Shown here: positions 26,680 to 36,593 of the stretch, in pieces
Layout: every line of letters starts with the position of its first letter
Numbering within the stretch: position 1 is the stretch's first letter
Source of the DNA: Thermoleophilaceae bacterium
Lineage (GTDB): Bacteria; Actinomycetota; Thermoleophilia; Solirubrobacterales; Thermoleophilaceae
DNA: 64,000 bases
Assembly: GCA_034664085.1 (NCBI GenBank)
Contig: JAXDII010000098.1
Span: 2,140-66,139 of the forward strand
Reading direction: 5' to 3'
Made by a program: the position numbers and the translations under genes
The notes under the pieces: generated by a model
Told to the model about the DNA's origin: nothing
Seen by the model: the letters and a program-made list of their open reading frames with translations, nothing else
Database searches by the model: none

Positions 26680-27759
26680 CTACCGCGCCACCAGCCGCGT
26701 GGCCGCTGCCTTCCAGCTGGCCGTCACCTGCATCCCCGCGCGCAGCCCCAGCGCCTCGGCCGATGCCAGCGTGATCTCGGCGGCCAGCGCCTGGGGCGCC
26801 GCGAGGCCCAGCCGCACGCGGTTGCCCACCGTGGTCACCGAGAGCACCTCGGCGGCCAGGCGGTTCTGGGTCGAGCCGTGCCTTGCCTCGCCTGCCGGCT
26901 CGATCGCGATCTCCCACGGGTAGACGCTGATCGCGACCGGGCCCTCCGCGCGGTCGGTGCTCGTCACCGAGCCGCCGCCGTCCAGGTCGACGCGGGTGAG
27001 GCCGGCGGCGGCGGCGTGGGCCGTGCCGGTCAGCACCACTGCTCCGGTGAAGTCGGCGACGAACGCAGAGCGCGGCGCGGCCGCCAGCTCGCTAGGCGTG
27101 CCCTCCTGCACCACACGCCCGGCGTCGATCACTCCGACGCGGTGGCCGAGCTGCGCCGCCTCGGCGAAGTCGTGCGTCACCAGCAGCGCCGGCACCTCGG
27201 TATCGCGCAGCACCGCCGTCAACTCACGCGCCGCGACCGCACGCGTCCGCGCGTCCAGGGCTGACAGCGGCTCGTCCAGCAGCAGCACATCGGGCCGCCG
27301 AGCCAGGGCCCGTGCGAGCGCCACGCGCTGGCGCTCGCCGCCGGACAGCGTGCCCGGCCGGGCGTCGGCCAGCTCTCCCATGCCGAAGCGCCCGAGCAGC
27401 TCCACGGCCCGCTCGCGCCGCTCCCTGCGCGGCACCTCGCGCAGCGGGTAGGCCACGTTCTGCCAGGCCGTCAGGTGCGGGAAGAGCGCGTACTCCTGGA
27501 ACAGGTAGCCGCACCGGCGCCGCTCGGGCGGCCGATCGATGCCGCGCTCGGTGTCGAGCCACGTCTCCAGGCCCGCCTCCACGAGGCCCCGGCGCGGCCG
27601 CAGCAGGCCGGCGGCCACCCGCAGCACGCTGGTCTTGCCCGCGCCGGACGGCCCGGCCAGGGCCAGGCACTCGCCGGGGGCGACCTCGAGCTCCACGCCG
27701 AGGTCGAGCGCCCCGACGCGGGTGTGAGCCTCAACGCGCAGCACCACCAAGCGCCTCAC
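26680..27759 (-). CDS. modC: Molybdate ABC transporter ATP-binding protein with C-terminal TOBE domain
   Basis: 359 aa with Walker A GPSGAGKTS, the signature LSGGERQRVALARAL, Walker B VLLLDEPLSALD and a TOBE-like tail. Lies downstream of modA and modB. Confidence 0.85.
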   Translation of the reverse strand: MRRLVVLRVEAHTRVGALDLGVELEVAPGECLALAGPSGAGKTSVLRVAAGLLRPRRGLVEAGLETWLDTERGIDRPPERRRCGYLFQEYALFPHLTAWQNVAYPLREVPRRERRERAVELLGRFGMGELADARPGTLSGGERQRVALARALARRPDVLLLDEPLSALDARTRAVAARELTAVLRDTEVPALLVTHDFAEAAQLGHRVGVIDAGRVVQEGTPSELAAAPRSAFVADFTGAVVLTGTAHAAAAGLTRVDLDGGGSVTSTDRAEGPVAISVYPWEIAIEPAGEARHGSTQNRLAAEVLSVTTVGNRVRLGLAAPQALAAEITLASAEALGLRAGMQVTASWKAAATRLVAR

Positions 27760-28525
27760 TGCCCTGCACGAGCTTCACGGACAGCAGGATCGCCGCCGAC
27801 ACCGCCACCAGGACCGCCGAGAGTGCGAGCGCCGCCTCGAAGTCCGTGCCCAGGCGCGCGTAGATCGCGAGCGGCACCGTCTGGGTGATGCCCTCGAACG
27901 ACCCGGCGAACATCAGCGTCGCCCCGAACTCCCCCAGCGCCCGGCCGAGCGCCAGCGCGGCGCCCGCGGCCAGGCCGGGCATCGCGGCGGGGATCATCAC
28001 GCGCACGAACCCGCGCGCCTCCGACGCCCCGAGCGTGCGCGACGCGTCGAGCAGCGTGCGGTCGACCGAGGCGAACGCCGCCATCGCCTGGCGCACGTAG
28101 AAGGGCGAGGCCACGAACGTGAGCGCCACGACGACGCCCGCTGTCGCGAGCGTCAGCTCCACCCCCGCCGCCTCCACGGCGCCGCCCAGCAGGCCCTCGG
28201 GCCCGAGCGCCGCCAGCAGCGCGATCCCGGCGGCCGCGGGGGGCAGCACGAGCGGCAGCTCGATCAGCGTCACAACGATTGCCTTGCCGCGAAACGAGCG
28301 CGTCGCCAGCAGGTAGGCCGCGGGCGTGCCGACCACGAGGATGATCGCCAGTGCCGTCGCGGTGGTGCGCAGGCTCAGCCAGAGCGCGTCGAGCGCGCCC
28401 GGATCGCCCAGGCTCTCGATCAGCTGCGCCGGGGTCGAGTCGACGAAGATCGCCACCACCGGCAGCGTCAGGAAGGTGATCGCCGCGGCCAGCGCCACGG
28501 CGAGGGCCACCGGAAACCAGCGCAT
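27731..28525 (-). CDS. modB: Molybdate ABC transporter permease
   Basis: 264 aa with six TM segments. The EAA-like loop is DASRTLGASEARGFVRVMIPAAMPGLAAG and the ModB-typical block is MFAGSFEGITQTVPLAIY. Confidence 0.9.
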   Translation of the reverse strand: MRWFPVALAVALAAAITFLTLPVVAIFVDSTPAQLIESLGDPGALDALWLSLRTTATALAIILVVGTPAAYLLATRSFRGKAIVVTLIELPLVLPPAAAGIALLAALGPEGLLGGAVEAAGVELTLATAGVVVALTFVASPFYVRQAMAAFASVDRTLLDASRTLGASEARGFVRVMIPAAMPGLAAGAALALGRALGEFGATLMFAGSFEGITQTVPLAIYARLGTDFEAALALSAVLVAVSAAILLSVKLVQGSEALGGAAR

Positions 28526-29286
28526 CAGGGCGCGGGGCCGAAACCCGCTTCGCCCAGGGCGTCGGCGCAGCCGCCCTCGACCAGGCCGTCGAGGTACGCC
28601 TGCGCCTGCTGGGGCTGCTCGGCGCCCTCGACGACACCCGCCGCGTAGGTGACCTCGGGCTCGAGCCCGCGCGGGAGCTCGATCGCCTCGAGCTCGCCGT
28701 TCGCGGCCTTGACGTCGGTCACGTAGACGAACGCGGCGTCGACGGCGCCCTGCGTGAGCTTGCCGACGATGCCCTTCACGTCCGGCTCGTTGGAGCGGAC
28801 CCCGTCCAGGATCGCCCGCTCCTGGGCGGCCGGCAGCTTGGCCAGCGTCTCACGCGTGTAGGCGCCGATCGGGACCGAGTCCGCGCCGATCGCGATCTTC
28901 ACGCCGCCTTCGGCCAGGTCGGCGAGCGATGCGATGCTCGAGCCCGTGGGGACCGCCAGCACCAGCTGGTTCGTCGCGAACTCGACCGGCTTCCCGAGCC
29001 GCCCCTCGTCGCTGAGCTCCTCGGGCAGCCTGGTGTTCGCCGCCGCGTAGACGTCCGGCTTGACCCCCTGGCGGATCTGCGCCGCGAGCTCGTCAGAGCC
29101 CGCGAACGACAGCCGCACGGTGGCGTCGGCGAAGTCCGGGCTGCACGCGCCGAGCGCCTCGGTCATCGACGAGGCGGCCGACACGACCAGCCGCGGCTTG
29201 GCCGCCACCGCGCCGTCCTGCTCGTCGTCTCCGCAGGCCGCGAGCACCAGAGTCACCAGGGCGGCAAGGGCGGCAGCGCGCCTCAA
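28525..29286 (-). CDS. modA: Molybdate-binding lipoprotein
   Basis: 253 aa with a lipobox (LVLAAC) and the pattern LVVSAASSMTEAL ... SFAGSDELAAQIRQGVKPDVYAAAN ... GIVGKLTQGAVDAAFVYVTD, typical of ModA. Confidence 0.9.
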   Translation of the reverse strand: MRRAAALAALVTLVLAACGDDEQDGAVAAKPRLVVSAASSMTEALGACSPDFADATVRLSFAGSDELAAQIRQGVKPDVYAAANTRLPEELSDEGRLGKPVEFATNQLVLAVPTGSSIASLADLAEGGVKIAIGADSVPIGAYTRETLAKLPAAQERAILDGVRSNEPDVKGIVGKLTQGAVDAAFVYVTDVKAANGELEAIELPRGLEPEVTYAAGVVEGAEQPQQAQAYLDGLVEGGCADALGEAGFGPAP

Positions 29287-29678
29287 CTCCGCTCAACCAT
29301 CACCGAAGTGGCCTTGACCGCAGCCGTGGCGGGCACCCCCGGCGCCAGGCCGAGCTCCTCGACCGCGTCGCGCGTGACCGCCGCGGTGATGCGGTGGGGC
29401 CCCGCCTCGATCTCCACGAGCGCCATCACGCCGTCGATCTCGACCGAGCGCACGACACCGGGGAAGCGGTTGCGCGCCGACAGGTTGTCGCCCGCCGTAT
29501 GCCGAGCGGGGCGGCCGGCCAGCCGCTCGATCTCGCGCTCCGGCACGCGGCGCCGGTTGGCGGAGTCGCGGGTCGTGCGCAGCTTGCCCGCCCGCTCCCA
29601 GCGGCGCAGGGTGTCCGGGCTCACCGAGAGAGCACGGGCGGCGTCGCCGAGCAGCAGCCCTTGGTCGCGCGCAGCCAT
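29283..29678 (-). CDS. Excisionase/MerR-type HTH + TOBE (Mop) domain protein, putative molybdate-responsive regulator
   Basis: Last 131 codons of track ORF 29283..32060, from ATG 29678 (alternative ATG at 29696). The HTH is LLLGDAARALSVSPDTLRRWERAGKL and the TOBE/Mop part is SARNRFPGVVRSVEIDGVMALVEIEAGPHRITAAVTRDAVEELGL. Shares a 4-nt overlap with modA. Confidence 0.75.
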   Translation of the reverse strand: MAARDQGLLLGDAARALSVSPDTLRRWERAGKLRTTRDSANRRRVPEREIERLAGRPARHTAGDNLSARNRFPGVVRSVEIDGVMALVEIEAGPHRITAAVTRDAVEELGLAPGVPATAAVKATSVMVERS

Positions 29679-29680
29679 GG

Positions 29681-29701
29681 TGCCTAAGCATTGCATAGGC
29701 A
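29681..29701. promoter_or_regulatory. Inverted repeat TGCCTA-N9-TAGGCA next to the regulator start (candidate operator)
   Basis: tgcctaagcattgcataggca lies in the 70-bp divergent region between the HTH-TOBE gene and the DUF47 gene. Confidence 0.3.
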
Positions 29702-29747
29702 GAGGCAGATTCACCGATTCGTTACGAGAGCAGGGACTTTCGGGCGT

Positions 29748-30332
29748 ATGGTCGCCGGCATGGCCAGCTCGATCGCGAAGCTCGTCGGCCGCGCTCCCGA
29801 CTACGCGGAACTGAACCGGATGCTGGCGCGCGCGGGGCGCAACGTCGAGCGCGCCACAGCGCTGCTCCGCGAGCTGATGCGAGCCTGGCCCGACGGGGCC
29901 GAGAAGCGGCACGCGCGCCCGGCGGTGCCCTTCGAGCGCAGCGACGTGCTCGCCCTCGCCTCGGGCCTCGACGACGTCGTGGATTACGCCGAGGAGGCCG
30001 CGGACTTCCTCGGGCTGTACCGCGTCGACGCGCCGATGGACCAGGCCATCGCGCTGGCGGACACGCTGGCGGCGGCTGGCCACGAGGTCTCGATCGCGCT
30101 CGGCTCGCTCGCCGACCTGGGCGGCGCCACGCCGCACCTGCTCGAGATCAAGCGGCTCGAGAACGACGGCGACCGCCTGCTGCGCGAGGGCCTGACCGCG
30201 CTCTTCGAGGGCGGGGTCGACCCGATGGTCGTGATCCGCTGGAAGGACATCTTCGAGCGCGTCGAGGAGGGCATCGACGCCTGCGACCGCGTTGCGCACG
30301 TGCTGCGCGGCATCGCCGTCAAGCGGACCTAG
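29748..30332 (+). CDS. DUF47 / PhoU-like (TIGR00153) protein
   Basis: Internal ATG of track ORF 29691..30332. Helical, with the C-terminal pattern LEIKRLENDGDRLLREGLTALFEGGVDPMVVIRWKDIFERVEEGIDACDRVAHVL, typical of DUF47. Confidence 0.75.
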   Translation: MVAGMASSIAKLVGRAPDYAELNRMLARAGRNVERATALLRELMRAWPDGAEKRHARPAVPFERSDVLALASGLDDVVDYAEEAADFLGLYRVDAPMDQAIALADTLAAAGHEVSIALGSLADLGGATPHLLEIKRLENDGDRLLREGLTALFEGGVDPMVVIRWKDIFERVEEGIDACDRVAHVLRGIAVKRT

Positions 30333-32116
30333 CGGGCTGCCAGGGCGTGCTCCGGAGCGGCGGCCTCGCGCTCCGCAAACGACTCGGCGTGCAGCTCGCG
30401 GGCGATCGGCATGAACGCGTCGACGAGCTGCGGGTCGAACTGGATGCCGCGCAGGCGCACGATCTCGGCGATCGCGTCGTCGATCGGCCAGGCGTCCTTG
30501 TAGGGCCGCGTGGAGAGCAGCGCGTCGAACACGTCGCAGATCGCGCAAATGCGCCCGGCGAGAGGTATCTGCTCGCCGCTCAGCCCTTTCGGGTATCCGG
30601 CCCCGTTCCAGTGCTCGTGGTGGGTCAGCGCGATCGCCTGGGACAGCTGCACCAACTCCGACCCCGAGCCGGCCAGGATGCTCCCGCCGATCGTGGTGTG
30701 GGTCTTCATCGTGGCCCACTCGCCGGGGTCGAGCGGCCCGGGCTTGGAGAGGATCTCGTCGGGGATGCCGACCTTCCCCACGTCGTGGAGGGCGCTCGCG
30801 TGGCGCAGCAGCTCGGCGTCGGCGGGGCTCATCCCGAACTCCAGCGCCAGGCGCTCGCAGAAGCGGCCGATGCGATCGATGTGGTGGCCCGTCTCGGCGT
30901 CGCGCCACTCGACCGCCACGCCGAGGCGCTGGAGCACCTCGATCTGGGTGTCCCACAGCTCGCGCGTGCGCGCGCGCACGCGCGCCTCGAGCACCTCGTT
31001 GTCGCGCGCCACCGCGCGCCGGGCGCGGCTCTCCGCCAGCTGGCTCCAGGCGATCGTGCCGACGCCGCCGACCACCAGCGCGGCGAGCGGCCCGACCAGG
31101 TCGACGATCAGGCCGTCGTCGAAGGCGACCTGTGCGCCCACCACGAACAGCGCCGCCGCCGCGGGCATGGCGAGCCCCGCGGCCAGGGCCGGGAAGCGCA
31201 GGCCGACCAGCGGCGCCACGAGGGCGAGCAGCGCCACCAGCAGCAGGCCCACGGCGGGCGAGGCGCCGCGCAGAGGAGCTCCGTGCAGGGCAGTCCAGAT
31301 CGCGTTCGCCTGCACCTCGGCGCCGGCCATCAGCTGGTCGCCGCCGACGGGCGTGGCGTGGACGTCGCGCAGGGTGGGCGCCGAGGCGCCGACAACCGCC
31401 ACGCGCCCGCGCACCGCCTCCGGCGCGAAGCGGCCGCGCACGACGTCGGAGAAGGAGATCGTGGGGATCGTGCCTGGCGGGCCGCGGTAGTCGATCCAGG
31501 CGCCGTCGCCCTCGAACGAGCTCGGCGGAAGCTCGGACGCCCCCAGCCGCTCCGCCGCGGCCACCGCCATCGTCTCGAGCCCGCGCACGCTGCGCGGGAG
31601 GTGCGTGACCACCCCGGCGCCGTCGTTGTGGAGGTCCGAGGCCGCCGCGCGGGCGTTCACGCGGCGCAGGTTCTCGTTGCCGCCGAGCACGTTCGTCCCG
31701 CCGCGGCCGTCGCTCTCGCTCGTGGCAAGCACAGCGCCGCCGGCGGCGCCAATGGCGTCGTAGAGCGCGAGGTCCTCGCGCGGGACGGTCTGCTCGGTGA
31801 ACTGGACGTCGTAGACGATCTCGCGCACGCCGGCCGCGTGGAGACGGCGGATCGCGCGTGCGTGCAGCGAGCGCGGGAACGGCCACTGCTCCTGGAGCAC
31901 GCCGAAGCTCTTGGCGTCCACCGCCACCACGACGACGTCGTCCGGCGGCTCGGCGCCGCGGAGGTCGAAGCGGGCCTTGAGCGTCTCGCGCTCGAGACCG
32001 CCGAGAACCCCGGTCGAGAGCACTGCGGCGCCCACCGCGAAGGCTACCAGGGCCACGCACGCGAGCGGACGGACTCGATCCGAGAGCGGCCGCCGGGGAC
32101 GGACGGCGAGGCGCAC
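30329..32116 (-). CDS. CHASE2 sensor domain - TM - HD-GYP domain protein (putative c-di-GMP phosphodiesterase)
   Basis: 595 aa. The N-terminal CHASE2-like region is VVVVAVDAKSFGVLQEQWPFPRSLHARAIRRLHAAGVREIVYDVQF. TM helices follow, then HD-GYP (ALHDVGKVGIPDEIL ... HHEHWNGAGYPKGLSGEQIPLAGRICAICDVFDALLSTRPYK). Confidence 0.85.
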   Translation of the reverse strand: MRLAVRPRRPLSDRVRPLACVALVAFAVGAAVLSTGVLGGLERETLKARFDLRGAEPPDDVVVVAVDAKSFGVLQEQWPFPRSLHARAIRRLHAAGVREIVYDVQFTEQTVPREDLALYDAIGAAGGAVLATSESDGRGGTNVLGGNENLRRVNARAAASDLHNDGAGVVTHLPRSVRGLETMAVAAAERLGASELPPSSFEGDGAWIDYRGPPGTIPTISFSDVVRGRFAPEAVRGRVAVVGASAPTLRDVHATPVGGDQLMAGAEVQANAIWTALHGAPLRGASPAVGLLLVALLALVAPLVGLRFPALAAGLAMPAAAALFVVGAQVAFDDGLIVDLVGPLAALVVGGVGTIAWSQLAESRARRAVARDNEVLEARVRARTRELWDTQIEVLQRLGVAVEWRDAETGHHIDRIGRFCERLALEFGMSPADAELLRHASALHDVGKVGIPDEILSKPGPLDPGEWATMKTHTTIGGSILAGSGSELVQLSQAIALTHHEHWNGAGYPKGLSGEQIPLAGRICAICDVFDALLSTRPYKDAWPIDDAIAEIVRLRGIQFDPQLVDAFMPIARELHAESFAEREAAAPEHALAAR

Positions 32117-32126
32117 GCCGGATTCC

Positions 32127-33251
<1,125 letters not shown>

Positions 33252-33252
33252 G

Positions 33253-33278
33253 CCCCCCTGATCGGCTCAGGCGGGGGG
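33253..33278 (-). terminator. GC-rich hairpin between tRNA-Ala and the downstream secreted-protein gene
   Basis: cccccctga-tcggc-tcaggcgggggg gives a stem of about 10 bp with one bulge and no U-tract. It ends 2 nt from the ATG at 33251 and includes the G-rich SD-like run, so it may instead affect translation. Confidence 0.3.
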
Positions 33279-33337
33279 TCCCTTAACAGAAGCGGCTACA
33301 ACATTCGTCCGCTTTCGCACAAGGTGGGGGAAAAGAG

Positions 33338-33410
33338 TGGAGCTGAGGGGACTCGAACCCCTGACCTACGCGCTGCCAGCGCGTCGCTCTTCCAGCTGAG
33401 CTACAGCCCC
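33338..33410 (-). tRNA. tRNA-Ala (anticodon GGC)
   Basis: The reverse complement reads GGGGCTG-TA-GCTC-AGCTGGAA-GAGC-G-ACGCG-CTGGCAG-CGCGT-AGGTC-AGGGG-TTCGAGT-CCCCT-CAGCTCC-A. This is a 73-nt cloverleaf with the G3:U70 alanine identity pair and discriminator A73. CCA is not encoded. Confidence 0.9.
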
Positions 33411-33434
33411 GCGAGGGGCCATTCTAGACGTAGC

Positions 33435-33797
33435 TCAGCCGACGGAGCGGGCCGGGGCCTCGCCCCAGAGCTGCTCCAGGCGGTAGTACTCGCGCGCCTC
33501 GGGCGTGAAGATGTGCGCCACGACGTCGAGGTAGTCGAGCAGGATCCAGCGCGCCTCGCCGCCGCCCTCGGTGCGGCGCGGCAGCAGGCGGTCGTCGGCG
33601 TGCTTGAGCTCCTCGTAGATCGCGTCATGGATCGCCTTGGTCTGGCGCTCGGTGTTGCCGGAGCAGATCACGAAGAAGTCGGTGTAGGAGACGATCCCGC
33701 GCAGGTCGACCACGCGGATGTCCATCGCCTTGCGGTCCGATGCGATCGCCGCGATGCGCTCGGCGAGGGCGGCGGAGTCGAGCGGCGTGTCGTTCAT
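33435..33797 (-). CDS. rsfS: Ribosome silencing factor RsfS (iojap)
   Basis: Internal ATG of track ORF 33435..34079. Reads DRKAMDIRVVDLRGIVSYTDFFVICSGNTERQTKAIHDAIYEEL ... WILLDYLDVVAHIF. Shares an ATGA overlap with nadD. Confidence 0.9.
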   Translation of the reverse strand: MNDTPLDSAALAERIAAIASDRKAMDIRVVDLRGIVSYTDFFVICSGNTERQTKAIHDAIYEELKHADDRLLPRRTEGGGEARWILLDYLDVVAHIFTPEAREYYRLEQLWGEAPARSVG

Positions 33798-34420
33798 GCC
33801 GTTGCCTGTCCCGCCAGCGCCGCGGCGGCGCCGTAGAGCCCGTTCGCCTCGATGTAGGCGACCACCCTGTCGGGCACCAGATAGCGAATCGGGCGCCCCT
33901 CGGCCACCCGGCGCCGGACGGCGCTCGACGACACCTGAATCACGGGCATCTCCAGGTAGCGGATCCCCTGCTCGCCCTTGAGGCGGCCGAGCTTGATGCC
34001 GATCGCGTTGCGCGACCAGTTCGTGCGCTCGACCACCGCGACGGTCGCCAGCTCGAGCACCGCCTCGGGCTCGCGCCACGTGGTCAGCGCGGCGGCCTGG
34101 TCGCCGCCCAGGATCAGGAACAGCTCGTCCTCGGGGGACTGCTTGCGCAGGTCGCGCAGGGTGTCCACCGTGTAGGACGGGCCCTCCCGGTCGAGCTCGG
34201 CGCGCGAGACCTCGAAGCGCTCGTCGTCGGAGATCGCCAGCTCGACCAGCTCGAGGCGCACCTCCGGGCCGGGGTCGCTCTCCAACTCGCGATGGGGCGG
34301 ATGCCCGACGGGCATGAACACGACCTTGTCCAGCTCGAGCTGGACCAAGGCCTCCTGCGCGCTCACCAGGTGACCGAGGTGCGGCGGGTTGAAGGCTCCT
34401 CCGAGGATTCCTACACGCAA
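33794..34420 (-). CDS. nadD: Nicotinate-nucleotide adenylyltransferase
   Basis: 208 aa starting MRVGILGGAFNPPHLGHLV, with SSSAVRRRV near the C-terminus. Confidence 0.92.
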   Translation of the reverse strand: MRVGILGGAFNPPHLGHLVSAQEALVQLELDKVVFMPVGHPPHRELESDPGPEVRLELVELAISDDERFEVSRAELDREGPSYTVDTLRDLRKQSPEDELFLILGGDQAAALTTWREPEAVLELATVAVVERTNWSRNAIGIKLGRLKGEQGIRYLEMPVIQVSSSAVRRRVAEGRPIRYLVPDRVVAYIEANGLYGAAAALAGQATA

Positions 34421-34424
34421 TGAG

Positions 34425-35696
34425 CTACTCGCGGACCTGCCCAGATCCCTCGGCTACGAACTTGTAGGTGGTCAGCTCACGCAGCCCGATGGGGCCCCGG
34501 GCGTGGAGCTTTTGGGTGGAGTTGCCGATCTCGGCGCCCATGCCGAACACGGCGCCGTCGGTGAAGCGGGTGGAGGCGTTGACGTAGACGCAGGCGGCGT
34601 CGACCGCGGCGGTGAACTCCTGCGCCGACTCGTTCGAGCCGGTCACGATCGCCTCGGAGTGACCGGAGCCGTAGCGGTTGACGTGGTCAATCGCCTCGGC
34701 GGCCGAGTCGACGACCTTCACGGCCAGGATCAGCGCGTGGTACTCGGTCTCCCAGTCCTCCTCGGTGGCGTCCGCGAGCGAGTCGGCGAGCTGGCCCGCC
34801 ATCGCCCGCGTGCGGCCGTCCACGCGCAGCTCCACCCCGCGCTCGCGCAGCTCGCCCAGCGCGCGCGGCAGGAACTCCGCGGCGGCATCGGCGTGCACGA
34901 GCAGCGTCTCCGCCGCGTTGCAGACGGAGGGCCGCTGGACCTTCGCGTTGAGCGTGATCGCAAGGGCGTCGTCGAGGTTGGCGCTCGCATCGACGAAGAC
35001 ATGGCAGTTGCCGGCGGCGGCGTACATGACCGGCACGGTCGCGTGCTCCTTGAGCGCCGCCTTCAGGCCCTCTCCCCCGCGCGGGATGATCAGGTCGACG
35101 ATGCCGTCCTGGGTGGCGAGCTCGCGCAGCTCGTCGCGATCCCCGCCCGTGAGGATCGAGATCGCCCCCTCGGGGATCCCCGCGCCGCTGGCCGCCTCGG
35201 AGGCGACCTGGGCCAGCACGGTGTTCGAGTGCGCTGCGGTGGAGGAGCCGCGCAGCACGATCGCGTTGCCCGACTTGAGGCAGAGCGCCGAGCAGTCGAT
35301 CGTCACGTTCGGGCGCGCCTCGTAGACGACCGCGACTACTCCGAGCGGCACGCGCACGCGGCGCACGTCGAGGCCGTTGGCCAGCCGTGAGCCCTCGATC
35401 GTCGCTCCGACCGGGTCCGGCAGCGCGGCGATCGCGCGCACGTCGCCGGCGACCCCCGCGAGCCGCTCGGCGGTCAGCTCGAGGCGGTCGAGCAGGCCCG
35501 AATCCAGTCCGGCCTCGCGGCCCGCATCCATGTCGAGCGCGTTGGCCTCCAGGATCTCCGGCGTCCTCTGCTCCAGCGCGTCGGCCATCGCGATGAGCGC
35601 GGCGTTCTTGGTGCGGGTGTCGAGCCGGGCCAGCGGGCGTGACGCGCGCCGGGCACCGGCACACACCTCAGCGACCGACTGGACGGTGGTGGCCAT
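34425..35696 (-). CDS. proA: Gamma-glutamyl phosphate reductase
   Basis: Internal ATG at 35696 of track ORF 34425..36458 (423 aa). Has PLGVVAVVYEARPNVT, VLRGSSTAAHSN, RPSVCNAAETLLVH and NASTRFTDGAVFGMGAEIG. Confidence 0.95.
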   Translation of the reverse strand: MATTVQSVAEVCAGARRASRPLARLDTRTKNAALIAMADALEQRTPEILEANALDMDAGREAGLDSGLLDRLELTAERLAGVAGDVRAIAALPDPVGATIEGSRLANGLDVRRVRVPLGVVAVVYEARPNVTIDCSALCLKSGNAIVLRGSSTAAHSNTVLAQVASEAASGAGIPEGAISILTGGDRDELRELATQDGIVDLIIPRGGEGLKAALKEHATVPVMYAAAGNCHVFVDASANLDDALAITLNAKVQRPSVCNAAETLLVHADAAAEFLPRALGELRERGVELRVDGRTRAMAGQLADSLADATEEDWETEYHALILAVKVVDSAAEAIDHVNRYGSGHSEAIVTGSNESAQEFTAAVDAACVYVNASTRFTDGAVFGMGAEIGNSTQKLHARGPIGLRELTTYKFVAEGSGQVRE

Positions 35697-35753
35697 CGAG
35701 GCAAGGGTACCGGCCCCCCGCCATTGCGTTGTTGATGGCATGCTTGCTGCGCG

Positions 35754-36593
35754 GTGGATGCGCCCAGCGGACACCCGGCCATCTTGGAGCTGCGCGACGC
35801 ACTGGCGGAGCACGTGCGCGACGGCATGACCGTGGCGCTGGAGGGGTTCACGCACCTGATCCCGTTCGCTGCGGGACACGAGCTGATCCGCCAGGGCCGG
35901 CGCGACCTGACGCTCGTGCGCATGACGCCGGACCTGATCTACGACCAGCTGATCGGCATGGGCTGCGCGAGCAAGCTGATCTTCTCGTATGGCGGCAATC
36001 CGGGGGTGGGCTCGCTGCACCGCTTCCGCGACGCGGTCGAGAACGGCTGGCCGCAGCCGCTGGAGCTGGTGGAGCACTCGCACGCCGGTCTCGCCAACGC
36101 CTACACCGCCGGCGCGTCCGGGCTGCCCTTCGCGGTGCTGCGCGGCTACGCGGGAACCGACCTGGCCACCCATAACGGCCAGGTGGCCTTCGTGGACTGC
36201 CCGTTCACCGGCGAGCGCGTCAGCGCCGTCCGCGCGGTGACGCCCGACGTGTCGATCATCCACGCCCAGCAAGCCGACCGCCACGGCAACGTGCAGCTCT
36301 GGGGCCTCGCCGGCGTCCAGAAGGAAGCCGTGCTGGCCGCCAAGGCCGCGATCGCAACGGTCGAGGAGGCCGTGGACGAACTCGAGCCGCGCCCGCAGTC
36401 GGTGGTGCTCCCGGCCTGGACGCTGAGCGCCGTCTGCCACGTCCCGGGCGGCGCCCACCCCTCCTACGCGGCGGGCTACTCCACCCGCGACAACGACTTC
36501 TACTCTGCGTGGGACGAGATCGCGCGCGACCGCGACCGCTTCCTGGAGTGGATGCGCGAGCGCGTGCTGGCCGGCGCGGAGGTGCCGGCATGA
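35754..36593 (+). CDS. CoA-transferase subunit A (glutaconate/3-oxoacid CoA-transferase family I)
   Basis: 279 aa with DGMTVALEGFTHLIPFAAGHELIRQGRRDLTLV and GNVQLWG. Shares an ATGA overlap with the subunit B gene. Confidence 0.85.
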   Translation: MDAPSGHPAILELRDALAEHVRDGMTVALEGFTHLIPFAAGHELIRQGRRDLTLVRMTPDLIYDQLIGMGCASKLIFSYGGNPGVGSLHRFRDAVENGWPQPLELVEHSHAGLANAYTAGASGLPFAVLRGYAGTDLATHNGQVAFVDCPFTGERVSAVRAVTPDVSIIHAQQADRHGNVQLWGLAGVQKEAVLAAKAAIATVEEAVDELEPRPQSVVLPAWTLSAVCHVPGGAHPSYAAGYSTRDNDFYSAWDEIARDRDRFLEWMRERVLAGAEVPA

